Source: Alphaproteobacteria bacterium (GTDB lineage: Bacteria > Pseudomonadota > Alphaproteobacteria > MPNO01 > UBA830). From it: a stretch of 64,000 nucleotides of DNA. Position numbers and translations under genes: made by a program. Numbering within the stretch: position 1 is the first letter of the stretch; every line of letters begins with the position of its first letter. The notes under the pieces were generated by a model. That model worked only from the letters and a program-made list of their open reading frames with translations, was not told where the DNA came from and did not search any database. Shown piece by piece: positions 1 through 12,000 of the stretch. The stretch covers positions 128,001-192,000 of the forward strand of contig OZ251539.1 in the NCBI GenBank assembly GCA_965243135.1. The letters run 5' to 3'.

Positions 1-3000
1 TGAACGTCAGGAGAGCGGGCGAGACCGTCAGGTCGGCGTCGTCCGGGGCGATCTCGACCGTCACGTCCCCGGCGGGTTCGCTGGTCGGCGCCACCGTGTA
101 TTCGGCGCTCGCGCCCACCGCCGCCGCCACCGTCGCCGCCGGGTCGAACGCGAATCCCCTCTCGTCGTCGTCCGTGATCGTCAGTTCCGCCCCGGTGACG
201 GCCACGGTCGTGGAATCGGCGGCGGCCCGGTCGTTCTCGGCCCTCCCCGAGACCGTCACCGTCTTGTCCGCCGCGTCCACGTCGTCGTCCACCGCCGTGA
301 TCGTCACCTCGCCGGCGCTCGCGATCTCGCCGGCTCCGATGGTCAGCATCGCGTTCGCGCTCAGCGCGTAGTCGCCCGCCGCCGAAGACTCCACCGTGAT
401 CGTCGTCGCCGTGCCCGACGGGTGCGAGAGCCGCGCCGTCACCGTCGTCCGCCGCTCCTCCGCCGGCGCCTCCGGGTTCTCATCGACGACCGTCCTCGAC
501 AGCGCCAGCGTCACGGTGGGCGTCGCGTCGTCGTCCGCGTTCGTCACCGACACGTCGTCGACGTCGCCGGCCTCCAGCCCGTCATAGGCGGCGGCAGTCG
601 CGCTCGACGGGTCTCCCGTCTCGATGACGTAGGACGCGTCGCCGTCGTCCGCGTCGTCGTCTACGCCGGTCACCGTCACCGTCTGCGCCGTGTTCCAGTT
701 CCCTGCGGTGAAGGTCAGCGAGGACGGCGACACCGCGCCCTCGCCCGGGTCCGAACTGGCCAACGGCACGGCCACGACCCCTTCCGGCTCGCTGAGCAGT
801 CTCACCGTGAAGGTCGCCGCGCCCCCCCCCTCCGTCGTCGACAGACCCGACGTCGGCGACACCTCCACGCCCGCTTCGTCGTCGAGGTTGCGGGCGTAGA
901 TGGCGGCGGCGGAAAGCGCGTCGTAGTTGGCGTCCGCCGTGTTGGTCGTGTCCACCGTCAGCGTGACCGTGTAGTTCTGGCTGCCGTCGGGCGCGCCGGG
1001 GTTGTCGTCCACGCCGGTCAGGGTCACCGTCTGCGCCGTGTTCCAGTCAGTCGGAGTGAAGGTCAGCGACGACGGCGACGCCGTGCCCTGGGCCGTGTCC
1101 TGGCTCGCAACGTCGATCTCCACGTTCCCGGTCGGCTCGGTCGCCAGCGTCACCTCGACCGTGGCCTGACTGCCGTCCTCCGACGTGCGCACCCGCGAGG
1201 CCGTCGTCGTCTCCGGATCCATCACGACCCCCGCCGTGTCGTCGTCGGCGATGGTCAGGGACGCCCCGGTCGCCGCCGCCGTCACGCCGTGGCCGTTGGC
1301 GGCCGTTCCCGTCACCGTCGCCGCGTTGTCCGCCGCGTCCACGGCGTTGTCCACCGCGGTAATCGTCGCCGTGTCCGAGCTCGCGGTCTGCCCCGCCGCG
1401 ACGACGATGGTGGCCCCCGCCCCCGAGGCCACCGAATAGACGTTGGCCTGCGCCGTCACCGTCACCGTGGTCGGCTGGCTCGACCTGCCCGAGAGCGTCG
1501 CGCTCACCGCCGCCGTCCCGCCGTTCTCCGAAATCGACATCGGGTTCGCCGAGAGCGTGACGGTCGGCGTCGCGTCGTCGTCCTCCAAGGTCAACGTCAC
1601 GTTGGTGACGTTGCCCGCGCCCTGGCCGTTGGCCGCCGTCGCCGTCACCGTCGCCATCCGGTTCGGCTCGTCCACGTCGTTGTTCACGGCGGTAATGGTC
1701 ACCGTGTCCGAGGCTGCCGTCGTGTCGCCCGCCGCGATGACGATGCGGCCCGCCGCCCCCGAAGGAACCGTGAAGAATCCGGAGGAGGCCGTCACCGTCA
1801 CCGTCGTCGCCGCGCTCGACGGGTGCGACAGCGCCGCCGACACCGCCGCCGTCCCGCCGTTCTCGGCGATCGAGGCGTCCGACAGAGAGAGCGTCACCCC
1901 CGGCGCCGCATCGTCGTCGGTGATGGTCAGCGTCACCGACGGCGGGTTGTTGGCGAGGCCCAGGTTGTCGGACGCCGTGCCGGAAACCGTCACCGTTTTG
2001 TTCGGCGCGTCGGTGTCGTTGTCGGTCGCCGTGATCGTCACCGCGCCGGCGCTGGCGGTGGCGTTGGCCGCGAAGGTCAGCGTGTTGGCGGAACTCAGCG
2101 TGAAGTCCGTCCCCGAGCCGGGCGAAGCCGAAACCGTCACCGTCACCGCCACGGCGGACATCCGGTCCAGGGTCGCCGTCACCGTGGTCGCGCCGCCGTT
2201 CTCCCCGATCGAAGACGACGACAGCGCCAGCGTCACCTGCGGCGTATCGTCGTCCGTCAGCGTCAGCACGGCATTGGCCGGGTTCGCCGCCCCGTTGCCG
2301 CCGGCGGAGGTGGCCGAGACCGTCACCTGCTTGCTGCCCGACGCCACCATGTTGTCGTTGGCCCGGATCGTCACCCGCCCGGTGCTGGCGGTGGCCTCGG
2401 CCGCGATGGTCAGAGTCGTTCCCGTCTGCGAGAAGTCCGCCGGCGCCGCCTTGGCTCCCGCCGCCGACGCCACCGTCAGCGTCAGCGCCTGGCTCGACTT
2501 GCCATCCAGCGTCGCCGTCACCGTCGTCACCCCGCCGGCCTCCGCAATCGAACTCGACGACAGCGCCAGCGTCGCCGCCGGCAGGGTCTCGTCGTCTTCC
2601 AGCGTCAACTGCGCCCCGGTGACGCTGCCCGCGCCCCGGTCGTTGGCCAGCGTCGCCGTCACCGTCGCCGTCCGGTCGGGCTCGTCGACGTCGTTGTCCA
2701 CCGCCGCGATCGCCGCCGTGTCGGAGGCGGCCGTGGTGTCCCCGGCGGCGATGACGATGGTGGCGTCCGAACCCACCGTGTAGAAGCCGGAGACGGCGGT
2801 CACCGTCACCGTGGTCGCCGCCGCCGAGGCGCGCGACAGGGTGGCGCTGACCGCCGAGGCGCCGCCGTTCTCGGCAATCGAGGCATCCGACAGGGCGAGC
2901 GTCGCCCCCGGCGGCGACTCGTCGTCGGTCAGCGTCAGCGTCGCCGCGGTGACGGCCATGGTGGTGGAATCGGCGCTGGCGCGGTCGTTCGCCACCGTCG

Positions 3001-6000
3001 CCGTCACCGTCGCCTGGCGACCGGGGCCGCCCTGGTGGACGGCGTCGTTCACCGCCGTGATCGTCACCGTGTCCGAGGCGTTCACCGTGTTCCCGGCCGC
3101 GATCACGATCCTGCCCGCCGCGCCCGACGGCGCCGTGAAGGCGCCGGACACTCCCGTTACCGTCACCGTGGTCGCCGCACCCGATGGGCGCGACAGGACG
3201 GCGCGGACGGTCGCCGCGCCGCCGTTCTCCGAGATCGCCGCCGGCGAGACCGCCAGCGTCACGCCCGGCGGGCCGTCGTCGTCGGTCGTGGTCACCGACA
3301 CGTCCGCGTCCGCCAGCGCGTTGTAGTTGGCGTCGCCGCTGGACGGGTCCAGACGCACGTCCCAGGAGACGTCGCCGTCGTCGACGTCGTCGTCCTCCCC
3401 GGTCACCGTCACCATCCGGGTCGCGCTCCAGGAGCCCGGCTGGAAGGTCAGGGTGGAGGGCGATACCCGGCCCTCGCTGCTATCGCGGCTGGTCACCGCC
3501 ACCGTCACCGCCTGCGCGGGCCGGCTCAGCAGCGCCACGGTGAAGGTCGCCGTCCCGCCCGCCTCCGTCGCCTGGCCGGTCACCTCCCCCACCACCAGGC
3601 GGTATTCGTCGTCGGCGTTCTCCGCATAGACGGTCACGGCCGAAAGCGCGTCATAGACGGCATCGGCCGTGTTGGCCGTGTCCACCGTCAGCGTCGCCTG
3701 GTAGTCCTGGTTGCCGTCGGCGGCGGCATCGTCCTGGCCGGTCAGGGTCACCGTCTGCGCCGTGTTCCAGTTGGTCGAGGTGAAGGTCAGCGACGAGGGC
3801 GACACCGCCCCTTCCGTCGCATCCGAGCTGGCCAGGTCCAGTTCCACGTTCCCGGTCGGCTCGCTCTCCAGCGCCACCGTGAAAGCCGCCGTCCCGCCCG
3901 CCTCCGTCGTCCGCAGCCGCGACGAGGTCGACGTCGTGGGCAAGATCGCGAACCCCGCCGTGTCGTCGTCGGCGATGGTCAGCGACGCCCCGGCGACGGC
4001 GCCCACGGCATGGCCGTTGCCCGCCGTCGCCGTCACCGTCGCCGCGTTGTCCGCCGCGTCCACGTCATTGTCCGCGGCGGTGATCGTCACCGTGTCGCCG
4101 GCGGCCGTCGTGTCGCCGGCGGCAATCACGATCCGCCCCGCCGCCCCCGACGGCGCCGAATAGACGTTCGTCTGCGCCGTCACCGTCACCGTGGTCGGCT
4201 CGCTCGACTTGCCCGAGAGCGTCGCGCTCACCGTCGCCGTGTCGCCGCTCTCGGAGATCGACGTCGGGTTCACCGACAGCGTCACCGTCGGCGTCGCCTC
4301 GTTGTCCCTGATCGTCAGCGTCGCACTGGTGACGCTGCCCGCGCCCTGACTATTGGCCACCGTCGCCGTCACCGTCACCATCCGGTCCGGCTCGTCGACG
4401 TCGTTGTCCACCGAGGTGATCGACACCGTATGCGAGCTGGTGGTGTTGCCGGCCGTGAATACGATCCGCCGCCCCGCCCCCGACGGCGCCGTGAAGGCCC
4501 CGGCCACCGGCGTCACCGTCACCGTGGTCGCCGCGCTCGACGGATGAGACAGCGTCGCCGACACCGCCGACGGCTGGACGTTCTCCCAGATCGACGCCAC
4601 GTTCAGCGACAGCGTCACCCCCGGCGCGCCGTCGTCGTCGCGAATGGTCAGGGTCTTGCCGGCCGGGTCCGCCACCCCGCGCCCTCCGTCCGCAGTTCCG
4701 GAGACCGTCACCTCCCTGTTCGGCGCATCGACGTCGTTGTCGTTCGCCGTCACCGTCACCAGGCCGGCGCTGGCGGTGGCGCCGGCGGCGATGGTCAGGG
4801 TGTTGGTCGAAGACAGCGCGTAGTCGCCCGCCACCGCCCCGGTCGAGGACACCGGCGACAGCGAGACCGTCACCGTCACCGGCTCGCTGGAGCCGTGGTC
4901 CAGACGCGCCGTCACCGTGGTCACGTTCGACGCGCCGCTCTCGTCGATGGCGGCGGCCGACAGCAGCAGCGTCGCCGTGGGCAGCGCGTCGTCGTCGGTC
5001 AGCGTCAGCGTCAGCGACGACGGCGCCGCCACGTTGTTGCCCCCCGTCACCATGCCCGAGACCGTCACCGGCTTGTTCGGCGAGTCCACCGTGTTGCCGT
5101 TGGCCGTCACCGTCACCACGCCGGCGCTGGTCGTGCCGCCGGCCGCGATGGTCAGGGTCTTGGCCGCGGAAAGGTCGAAGTCGGCCGCCGCCGCGCCGGT
5201 CCCGGCCGCCGCCCCCACCGTCACCGTCACCGCCTCGCTCGACTTGCCCGAAAGCGTCGCCGTCACCGTCGCCACTCCGCCCGTCTCCGAGATCGACGGG
5301 GACGACAGCGCCAGCGCCACGGTCGGCAAGGTCTCGTCGTCGGTCAGGGTCAGCGTCACGTTCGGCGGCGCCGCCGCATTGTTGCCGCCCGCCGCAGCGG
5401 CGGAGACCGTCACCGACTTGTCTCCCGAATGGACGTCGTTGCCGTTGGCCGTCACCGTCACCGTACCGGCGCTGGTCGTGCCGCCGGCCGCGATGGTGAG
5501 CGTCTTTGCGGCGGAAAGGCCGAAGTCGGCCGCCGCCGCGCCGGTCCCGGCCGCCGCCCCCACCGTCACCGTCACCGCTTCGCTCGACTTGCCCGAAAGC
5601 GTCGCCGTCACCGTCGCCACTCCGCCCGTCTCCGAGATCGACGGGGACGACAGCACCAGCGCCACGGTCGGCAAGGTCTCGTCGTCGGTCAGGGTCAGCG
5701 TCACGTTCGGCGGCGCCGCCACATTGTTGCCGCCCGCCGCGGCGGCGGAGACCGTCACCTGCTTGTCTCCCGAATGGACGTCGTTGCCGTTGGCCGTCAC
5801 CGTCACCGTACCGGCGCTGGTCGTTCCGCCGGCCGCGATGGTGAGCGTCTTTGCGGCGGAAAGATCGAAATCCGCCGCCGCCGCGCCGCTGCCCGCCGCC
5901 GCCGCCACCGTCACCGTCACCGCCTCGCTGGAGACGGCCGAAAGCGTCGCCGTCACCGTCGCCACCCCGCCCGTCTCCGAGATCGACGAGGACGACAGCG

Positions 6001-9000
6001 CCAGCGCCACGGTCGGCAGCGTCTCGTCGTCCGTCAGCGTCAGGGTCACGCTCGACGGGTTCGACAACAGGCCGTGGCCGCCCGCCACCGTTCCCGAGAT
6101 CGTCACCTGCTTGTCGGGCGCGTCCACGTCGTTGCCGTTCGCCGTCACCGTCGCCACGCCGACGCTTGCCGTCGAACCCGCCGCAATGGTCAGCGTCTTC
6201 GCGGTGGAGAGGTCGAAGTCGGCCGCCGCCGCGCCGGTCCCGGGCGAAGCCGCCACCGTCACCGTCACCGCGTCGTCGGACTTGCCCGACAGCGTCGCCG
6301 TCACCGTGGCCACCCCGCCCGTCTCCGAGATCGACGAGGACGACAGCGCCAGCGTCACGGTCGGCGTGGGGTCGTTGTCGTCCTTGGTGACGTCCACGGT
6401 CTCGTCGTCCAGGGCGCCGTAATGGCTGTCGCCGCCGCTGGCCGCATCCAGCGTGATCGCCACCGGCAGGTTCGCCGGGTCGTCCCGGTCGTCGTCCACC
6501 GCCGTAACCCGCAGCGTCTGGGCGTCGTTCCAGTCGCCGGCGGTGAACGCCAGCTCCTTCGAGGCCGCGAAGGCGCGCGCATTCGCGTCGCCGGCGTTCC
6601 TGGCCAGCTGCACCTCGTCGCCATCGGCGCTGGTCGCCGTCACCGTCACCGCCGCCGCCGGCTTGCTCGTCAGCTTCACCGTGAAGGTCCGCTCCGCCCC
6701 GCCTTCCGTCACCGTCAGCGCGCTCTCGGAGACCGTCAGCCCGGCCGTATCGACGTCGGTCGTCCGCACGGTCTGCGGACGCGCGCTCGCGCCGCCGATG
6801 ACGTGATAGGCGTCGGTCGCCTCGTCCGGGGTGTCCGGGACCAGGCGGAGGGTGTAGTCGTCGTCGCCGTCCACCACGTCGTCGACCACGCCGTGCAACG
6901 TCACCGTCTGCGCGGTCTCCCAGTTGGTCGCGGTGAAGGTCAGCCGGGTCGAGGCCGCCGCCGCGCCGCTGCCCGAAGACACCAGGCCCTCGTCCGACTC
7001 GCTGCTCTTCACCGCCACCACGATGCTCGTGGTCGGCTCGCTGTTCAGCTTCACCGTGAAGGTGTCGCTCGCGCCTTCGGCCACGCTGAGCCACACCGGG
7101 CACGGCGCCCGGCGGCAACGCGGGAAGGCCGGGTCGGTCACCAGCGCGGCGCGGTCGTCCTCCCAGATCAGCAGTTCCACGTCGGCCGGGGCCGCCAGGG
7201 TCAGCGCGCTGCCGAGGACGCCCTTCACCACCACTTTCTTGCCGGCGACGGCGTCGTCGACGATGGAGTCGATGCGGTCGTCCACCGCCGTGATCGTCAC
7301 CGTCCCCGCGCTGGCGGTGCTCCCGGCCGCGATGGTCAGCGTCTTCGCCGTCGACAGCGTGAAGTCGTCCGCCGCCGCATTGGTGTCCGCCGTCGCCGAG
7401 ACCGTGACGGTCACCGCCGCGCTGGCCGGGACGCTCAGCCGCGCCGTCACCGTGGTCATGCGCTCGGAGCCCGGCGCCGTAGCCAGCTCCTTGATGGTGT
7501 CCGCCTGGCCCGAGATCGGGTCCGACAGCAGCAGCGTCAGCGTCGCCGTGTCGTCGTCGGTCAGCGTCAGCGTCAGCGACGACGGCTCCGCCACGTCGTT
7601 GCCGCCCGTCGCAGTGCCGGAGACCGTCACCGACTTGTCCGGCGAGTCCACCGTGTTGCCGTTGGCCGTCACCGTCACCGTACCGGCGCTGGCGGTGCTC
7701 CCCGCCGCGATCGTCAAGGTATTCGCCGCGGAAAGGTCGAAGTCCGCCGCCGCCGCGCCAGTTCCGGGCAAAGCCGAAACCGTCACCGTCACCGCTTCGC
7801 TCGATTTGCCCGAAAGCGTCGCCGTCACAGTCGCCGCCCCGCCGGTCTCCGAGATCGAGGACGACGACAGCGCCAGCGCCAGGGTCGGCAGCGTCTCGTC
7901 GTCGGCGAGCGTCAGGGTCAGCGACGACGGCGCCGCCACGTCGTTGCCGCCCGCCGCGGCGCCGGAGACCGTCACCGACTTGTTCCCCGAATGGAGGTCG
8001 TTGCCGTTCGCCGCGATCGTCACGTCGCCGCTGCTGGCGGTGCTGCCGGCCGCGATCGTCAAGGTATTCGCCGCGGAAAGGTCGAAGTCCGCCGCCGCCG
8101 CGCCGGTCCCGGCCGCCGCCCTCACCGTCACCGTCGTCGCCTCGCTCGACTTGCCCGAAAGCGTCGCCGTCACCGTCGCCTCGCCGCCCTGCTCCGAAAT
8201 CGAACTCTCCGACAGCGCCAACGTCACCGTCGGCAGGCTCTCGTCGTCGGCGAGCGTCAGCGTCACGTCGTCCGGGTCCGACGCCCCGTCGCCGCCGTCC
8301 GCCGTGGCGGAGACCGTCACCGACTTGTCCCCCGAATGGACGTCGTTGCCGTTGGCCGTCACCGTCACCGTACCGGCGCTGGCGGTGGCGCCGGCCGCGA
8401 TGGTCAGGGTATTCGTCGCGGAAAGGTCGAAGTCCGCCGCCGCCGCGCCCGTCCCGGCCGCCGCCACCGTCACCGTCGTCGCCTCGCTCGCCGCCTTGTC
8501 CAGCGTCGCCGTCACCGTCGCCACGCCGCCCGTCTCCGAGATCGAGGATGCCGACAGCGCCAGCGTCACCACCGGCTTGTCGTCGTCCTCGACCGTCACC
8601 GTCACCGCGACGGGACGCTGCGCATGGGCCACGCCCTGCCCCACGTCGCCGAGCCCGTAGCCGGCCACGACGTATCTGAGGCGCAAGGTCCCGTCCTGGT
8701 GGTCGGCGTCCGCGAGGGCGTTCACGGACACCGTCTGCGCCGTGTTCCAGTCCGACGCCGTGAAGGAGTAGTTGATCCCCTGTGGGAAGCCGTGGCTGCC
8801 CTCCAGCTGGAGTCCGATGTCGGGGTAGATGCCGACCCAGGTCGTCTGTCCGGCAGGCGGTTCGCTGTCCAGGACCAGGGTGAGGTTCTTGCCGGAGCCC
8901 TCCTCGGTCAGGGTCAGGGCGGTGGGGGTGAAGGTCACGCCCGCCGTGTCGTCGTCGGTGAGCGTCAGCGTCAGGTCCGACGGCGCCGCCACCCCGTGGC

Positions 9001-12000
9001 CGCCCGCCAGGGTGACGGAGATCGTCACCGACTTGTCCGCCGTGTCCACGTCGTTGCCGTTGGCCGTCACCGTCACCACGCCCGCGCTGGCGGTGGCCCC
9101 GGCCGCGATGGTCAGCGTCTTCGCCGTGGAAAGCGCGAAGTCCGCCGCCGCCGCTCCCGTCCCGGCCGCAGCCGCCACCGTCGCCGTCAACGCTTCGCCC
9201 GATTTGCCCGAAAGCGTCGCCGTCACCGTCGTCACCCCGCCCGTCTCCGAAATCGACGTCGCCGACAACGCCAGCGTCAACGTCGGAAGAGCCTCGTCGT
9301 CGGCGATGGTCAGGACGACGTCCGACGGCTGGACCAGGGTCGTGCCGGAGCTGGCCGCGCCGGACACCGTCACGTTTCTGTCGGGCGCGTGGCGATCGTC
9401 GTCGGCGGCCGTCAAGGTCACCACGCCCGCGCTGGCGGTGGCGCCGGCCGCGATGGTCAGCGCGTTCGTCGAACTCAGCGTGAAGTCCGTCCCCGAGCCG
9501 GGCGAAGCCGAAACCGTGACCGTGACCGCCGCGCTGGGCGCCAGGTCCAGGCTGGCCGTCACCGTCGCCGCGCCGCCGTTCTCCGCGATGGACGAGGAAG
9601 ACAGCTCCAGCGTCACCGTCGGCGTCTCGTCGTCCTCCAGGGTCAGCGTCAGGTTCGAAGGCGCCGCCACGCCGCGGCCGCCCGCCGCCGCCGCGGAGAC
9701 CGTCACTTGCTTGTCCGGCGCGTCCACGTCGTTGTCGTTGGCCGTCACCGTCACCGCGCCGACGCTGGCCGTGTTCCCCGCCGCGATGGTCAGGGTCTTG
9801 GCGGCGGAAAGGTCGAAGTCCGCCGCCGCCGCCCCCGCGCCGGGCGCGGCCGCCACCGTCAACGTCACCGCCTCGCTGGACGGCCGCGACAGCGTCGCCG
9901 TCACCGACGCCACCCCGCCGTTTTCGGAAATCGACGCCGGCGACAACGCCAGCGCCGCCGTCGGCAACGGATCGTCGTCGGTCAAGGTCAGCGGCACGCC
10001 GGGAGGCGCCGCGGCGTCGCCGTTCACCGTCCCCGAAACCGTCACCGACTTGTCCGGCGAGTCGGCGTCATTGTTCACCGCCGTGATCGTCACCGTGCCG
10101 GTGCTGGCGGTGGCCCCGGTCGCGAAGACCAGTTCCGGCGTCGCCGGCAGGCTGACGTCGGACGCCGCGGCGCCGTCGCCGGGCGTCACCGCCACCGTGA
10201 TCGTCGTCGGCGACAACGCCCCCTTGTCCAGCGTCGCCGTCACCGTCGCCACCCCGCCGTTTTCCCCGATCGAAGACGCCGACAGCGTCAGCGCCGCGTT
10301 CGGCGGCACCGCGACGGGCACCCATTCGGCGGCGAGAACGGCCGTGGGGCTTTTGTAAAAGACGATGACCACGCCGTCATTGTCGATCTCCGCCTGCGTC
10401 AGCGAGATCGTCGAGGGCACCGACGAGTGCCTGCCGATTCGCCGGCAGGCGCTCCCCAGCCTGTCTTGCGTGAACGTTCCATTCGTATACGCAACCCTCC
10501 TGTCGGCGCACGCATATATGTCGAAGGACCCCAAAGTCGCGTCTCCCACGATCCCGATCGGCTGCGAAGCCGTCTTGCCGACCAGGGACGCCGTGGTGAC
10601 GTCCAAGGCGCTCCTGGAGTAGGCGCCGGCGTTGTTCTTCCATGTCGTCGCGATCGGCAGCGAGCCGTCATTGTCGGCGATCGTCAGCGTAAGGCTCGCC
10701 GGGTCCTGCAGCCCGCCGCCCGTCACTCTGCCCGACACCGTCACCCGCTTGTTCGCCGTCCGCTCGTTGTCGTTGACGGCGGCGATCGTCACCGCGCCGA
10801 CGCTGGCCGTCGCCCCCGCCGCGATGGTCAGCGTGTTCGTCGAACTCAGCGTGAAATCGCCGTCCGCCGCGCCGGACGAAGACACCGCCGCCGCCGACAC
10901 CGCGATCGTCGTCGCCCGGCCCGACGCCACTCTCAGGCCGGCGGTCACCGTCGCCACTCCGCCTCCTTCCGAGATCGACGACGACGACAGCGACAAGGTC
11001 ACGTCCGGCTCCCGGTCGTCCTCGTCGATGGTCAGCGTCACGGCGCGGGGAGCCTTCACGTCGCCGGCCGCCGTCCCCGAAACGGTCACCGACCTGGCCC
11101 GCGAGTGGATCGCGTCGTCCACCGCCGCGATCGTCACCGCACCGGCGCTCGAGGTCGCGCCGCGGGCGAAAACCAGCGCGGCGCCGGACAGTCTGAAGTT
11201 GCCCGCAGCGGCGTTCGCGCCCGGGGCCGCCGCCACCGTGATCGTCGCCGCCGAAAGCGCCGCCTTGTCGAGCGTCGCCGTCACCGTGGCCACGCCGCCG
11301 TTCTCCGAAATCGACGACGGCGACACCGCCAGCGTCGCTTTCGGCAGCGCCACGATGGGCACCCATTCCGCGTAGTAATTGGTCCCGGCGTTTTCAATGA
11401 GGATGACCACGCCGTCGTTGTCGATCATCGCCTGCGTCAGCGATATCGCCGAGGGCACCTCGTCGTAGGCGAGGTTCGTGCAGATATTGCGGTCGGGCGG
11501 CGGGACCGTCCTGGTGGGGCATGCCCAGACATCGCCGTTTGCAGTTAGCAGGTCACGGGTGATCGCGATCGGCTGCGAAGCCGTCTTGCCGAGCAGCCGC
11601 TGCGTCGTAACGTCCCAATCATCGACCAAATGATTGAAGAGAAAGGTACTTCGCCACGACGTCCCGGCGGTCGGCACCGCGTCGTCGTTGTCCTCGATCG
11701 TCAGCGTCACGCTCGCCGGATCCGCCCGTCCGCCGCCGTCCACCGCGCCCGAAACCGTCACCGACTTGTTCGACGCCTGATCCACGTCGTCGTTCACGGC
11801 CGCGATCGTCACTCTGCCGGCGCTGGCCGTCGCATTGGCCGCGATGGTCAGCTTCGTTCCCGTCTGCGTGAAGTCCGCCATCGTGGCGCCGCTTCCCGCC
11901 GCCGCCGACACCGTGACCGTCGTCGCCACGTTCTCCGCCGCGCTCAAGCTGGCGGTCACCGTCGCCACTCCGCCGCCCTCCGAGATCGACGCGGGCGACA

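Noticed and set aside
422-11548. 3708-aa Arg/His-rich + strand ORF and the many 'VTVT/AAA' ORFs in 1-12.5 kb
   Set aside because: Antisense or alternate-frame shadows of the real minus-strand giant gene, caused by GC-rich codon bias.
10310-11690. Diversity-generating retroelement behind the variable loops
   Set aside because: No reverse transcriptase or template repeat in the window, and the differences include indels rather than adenine-specific substitutions.
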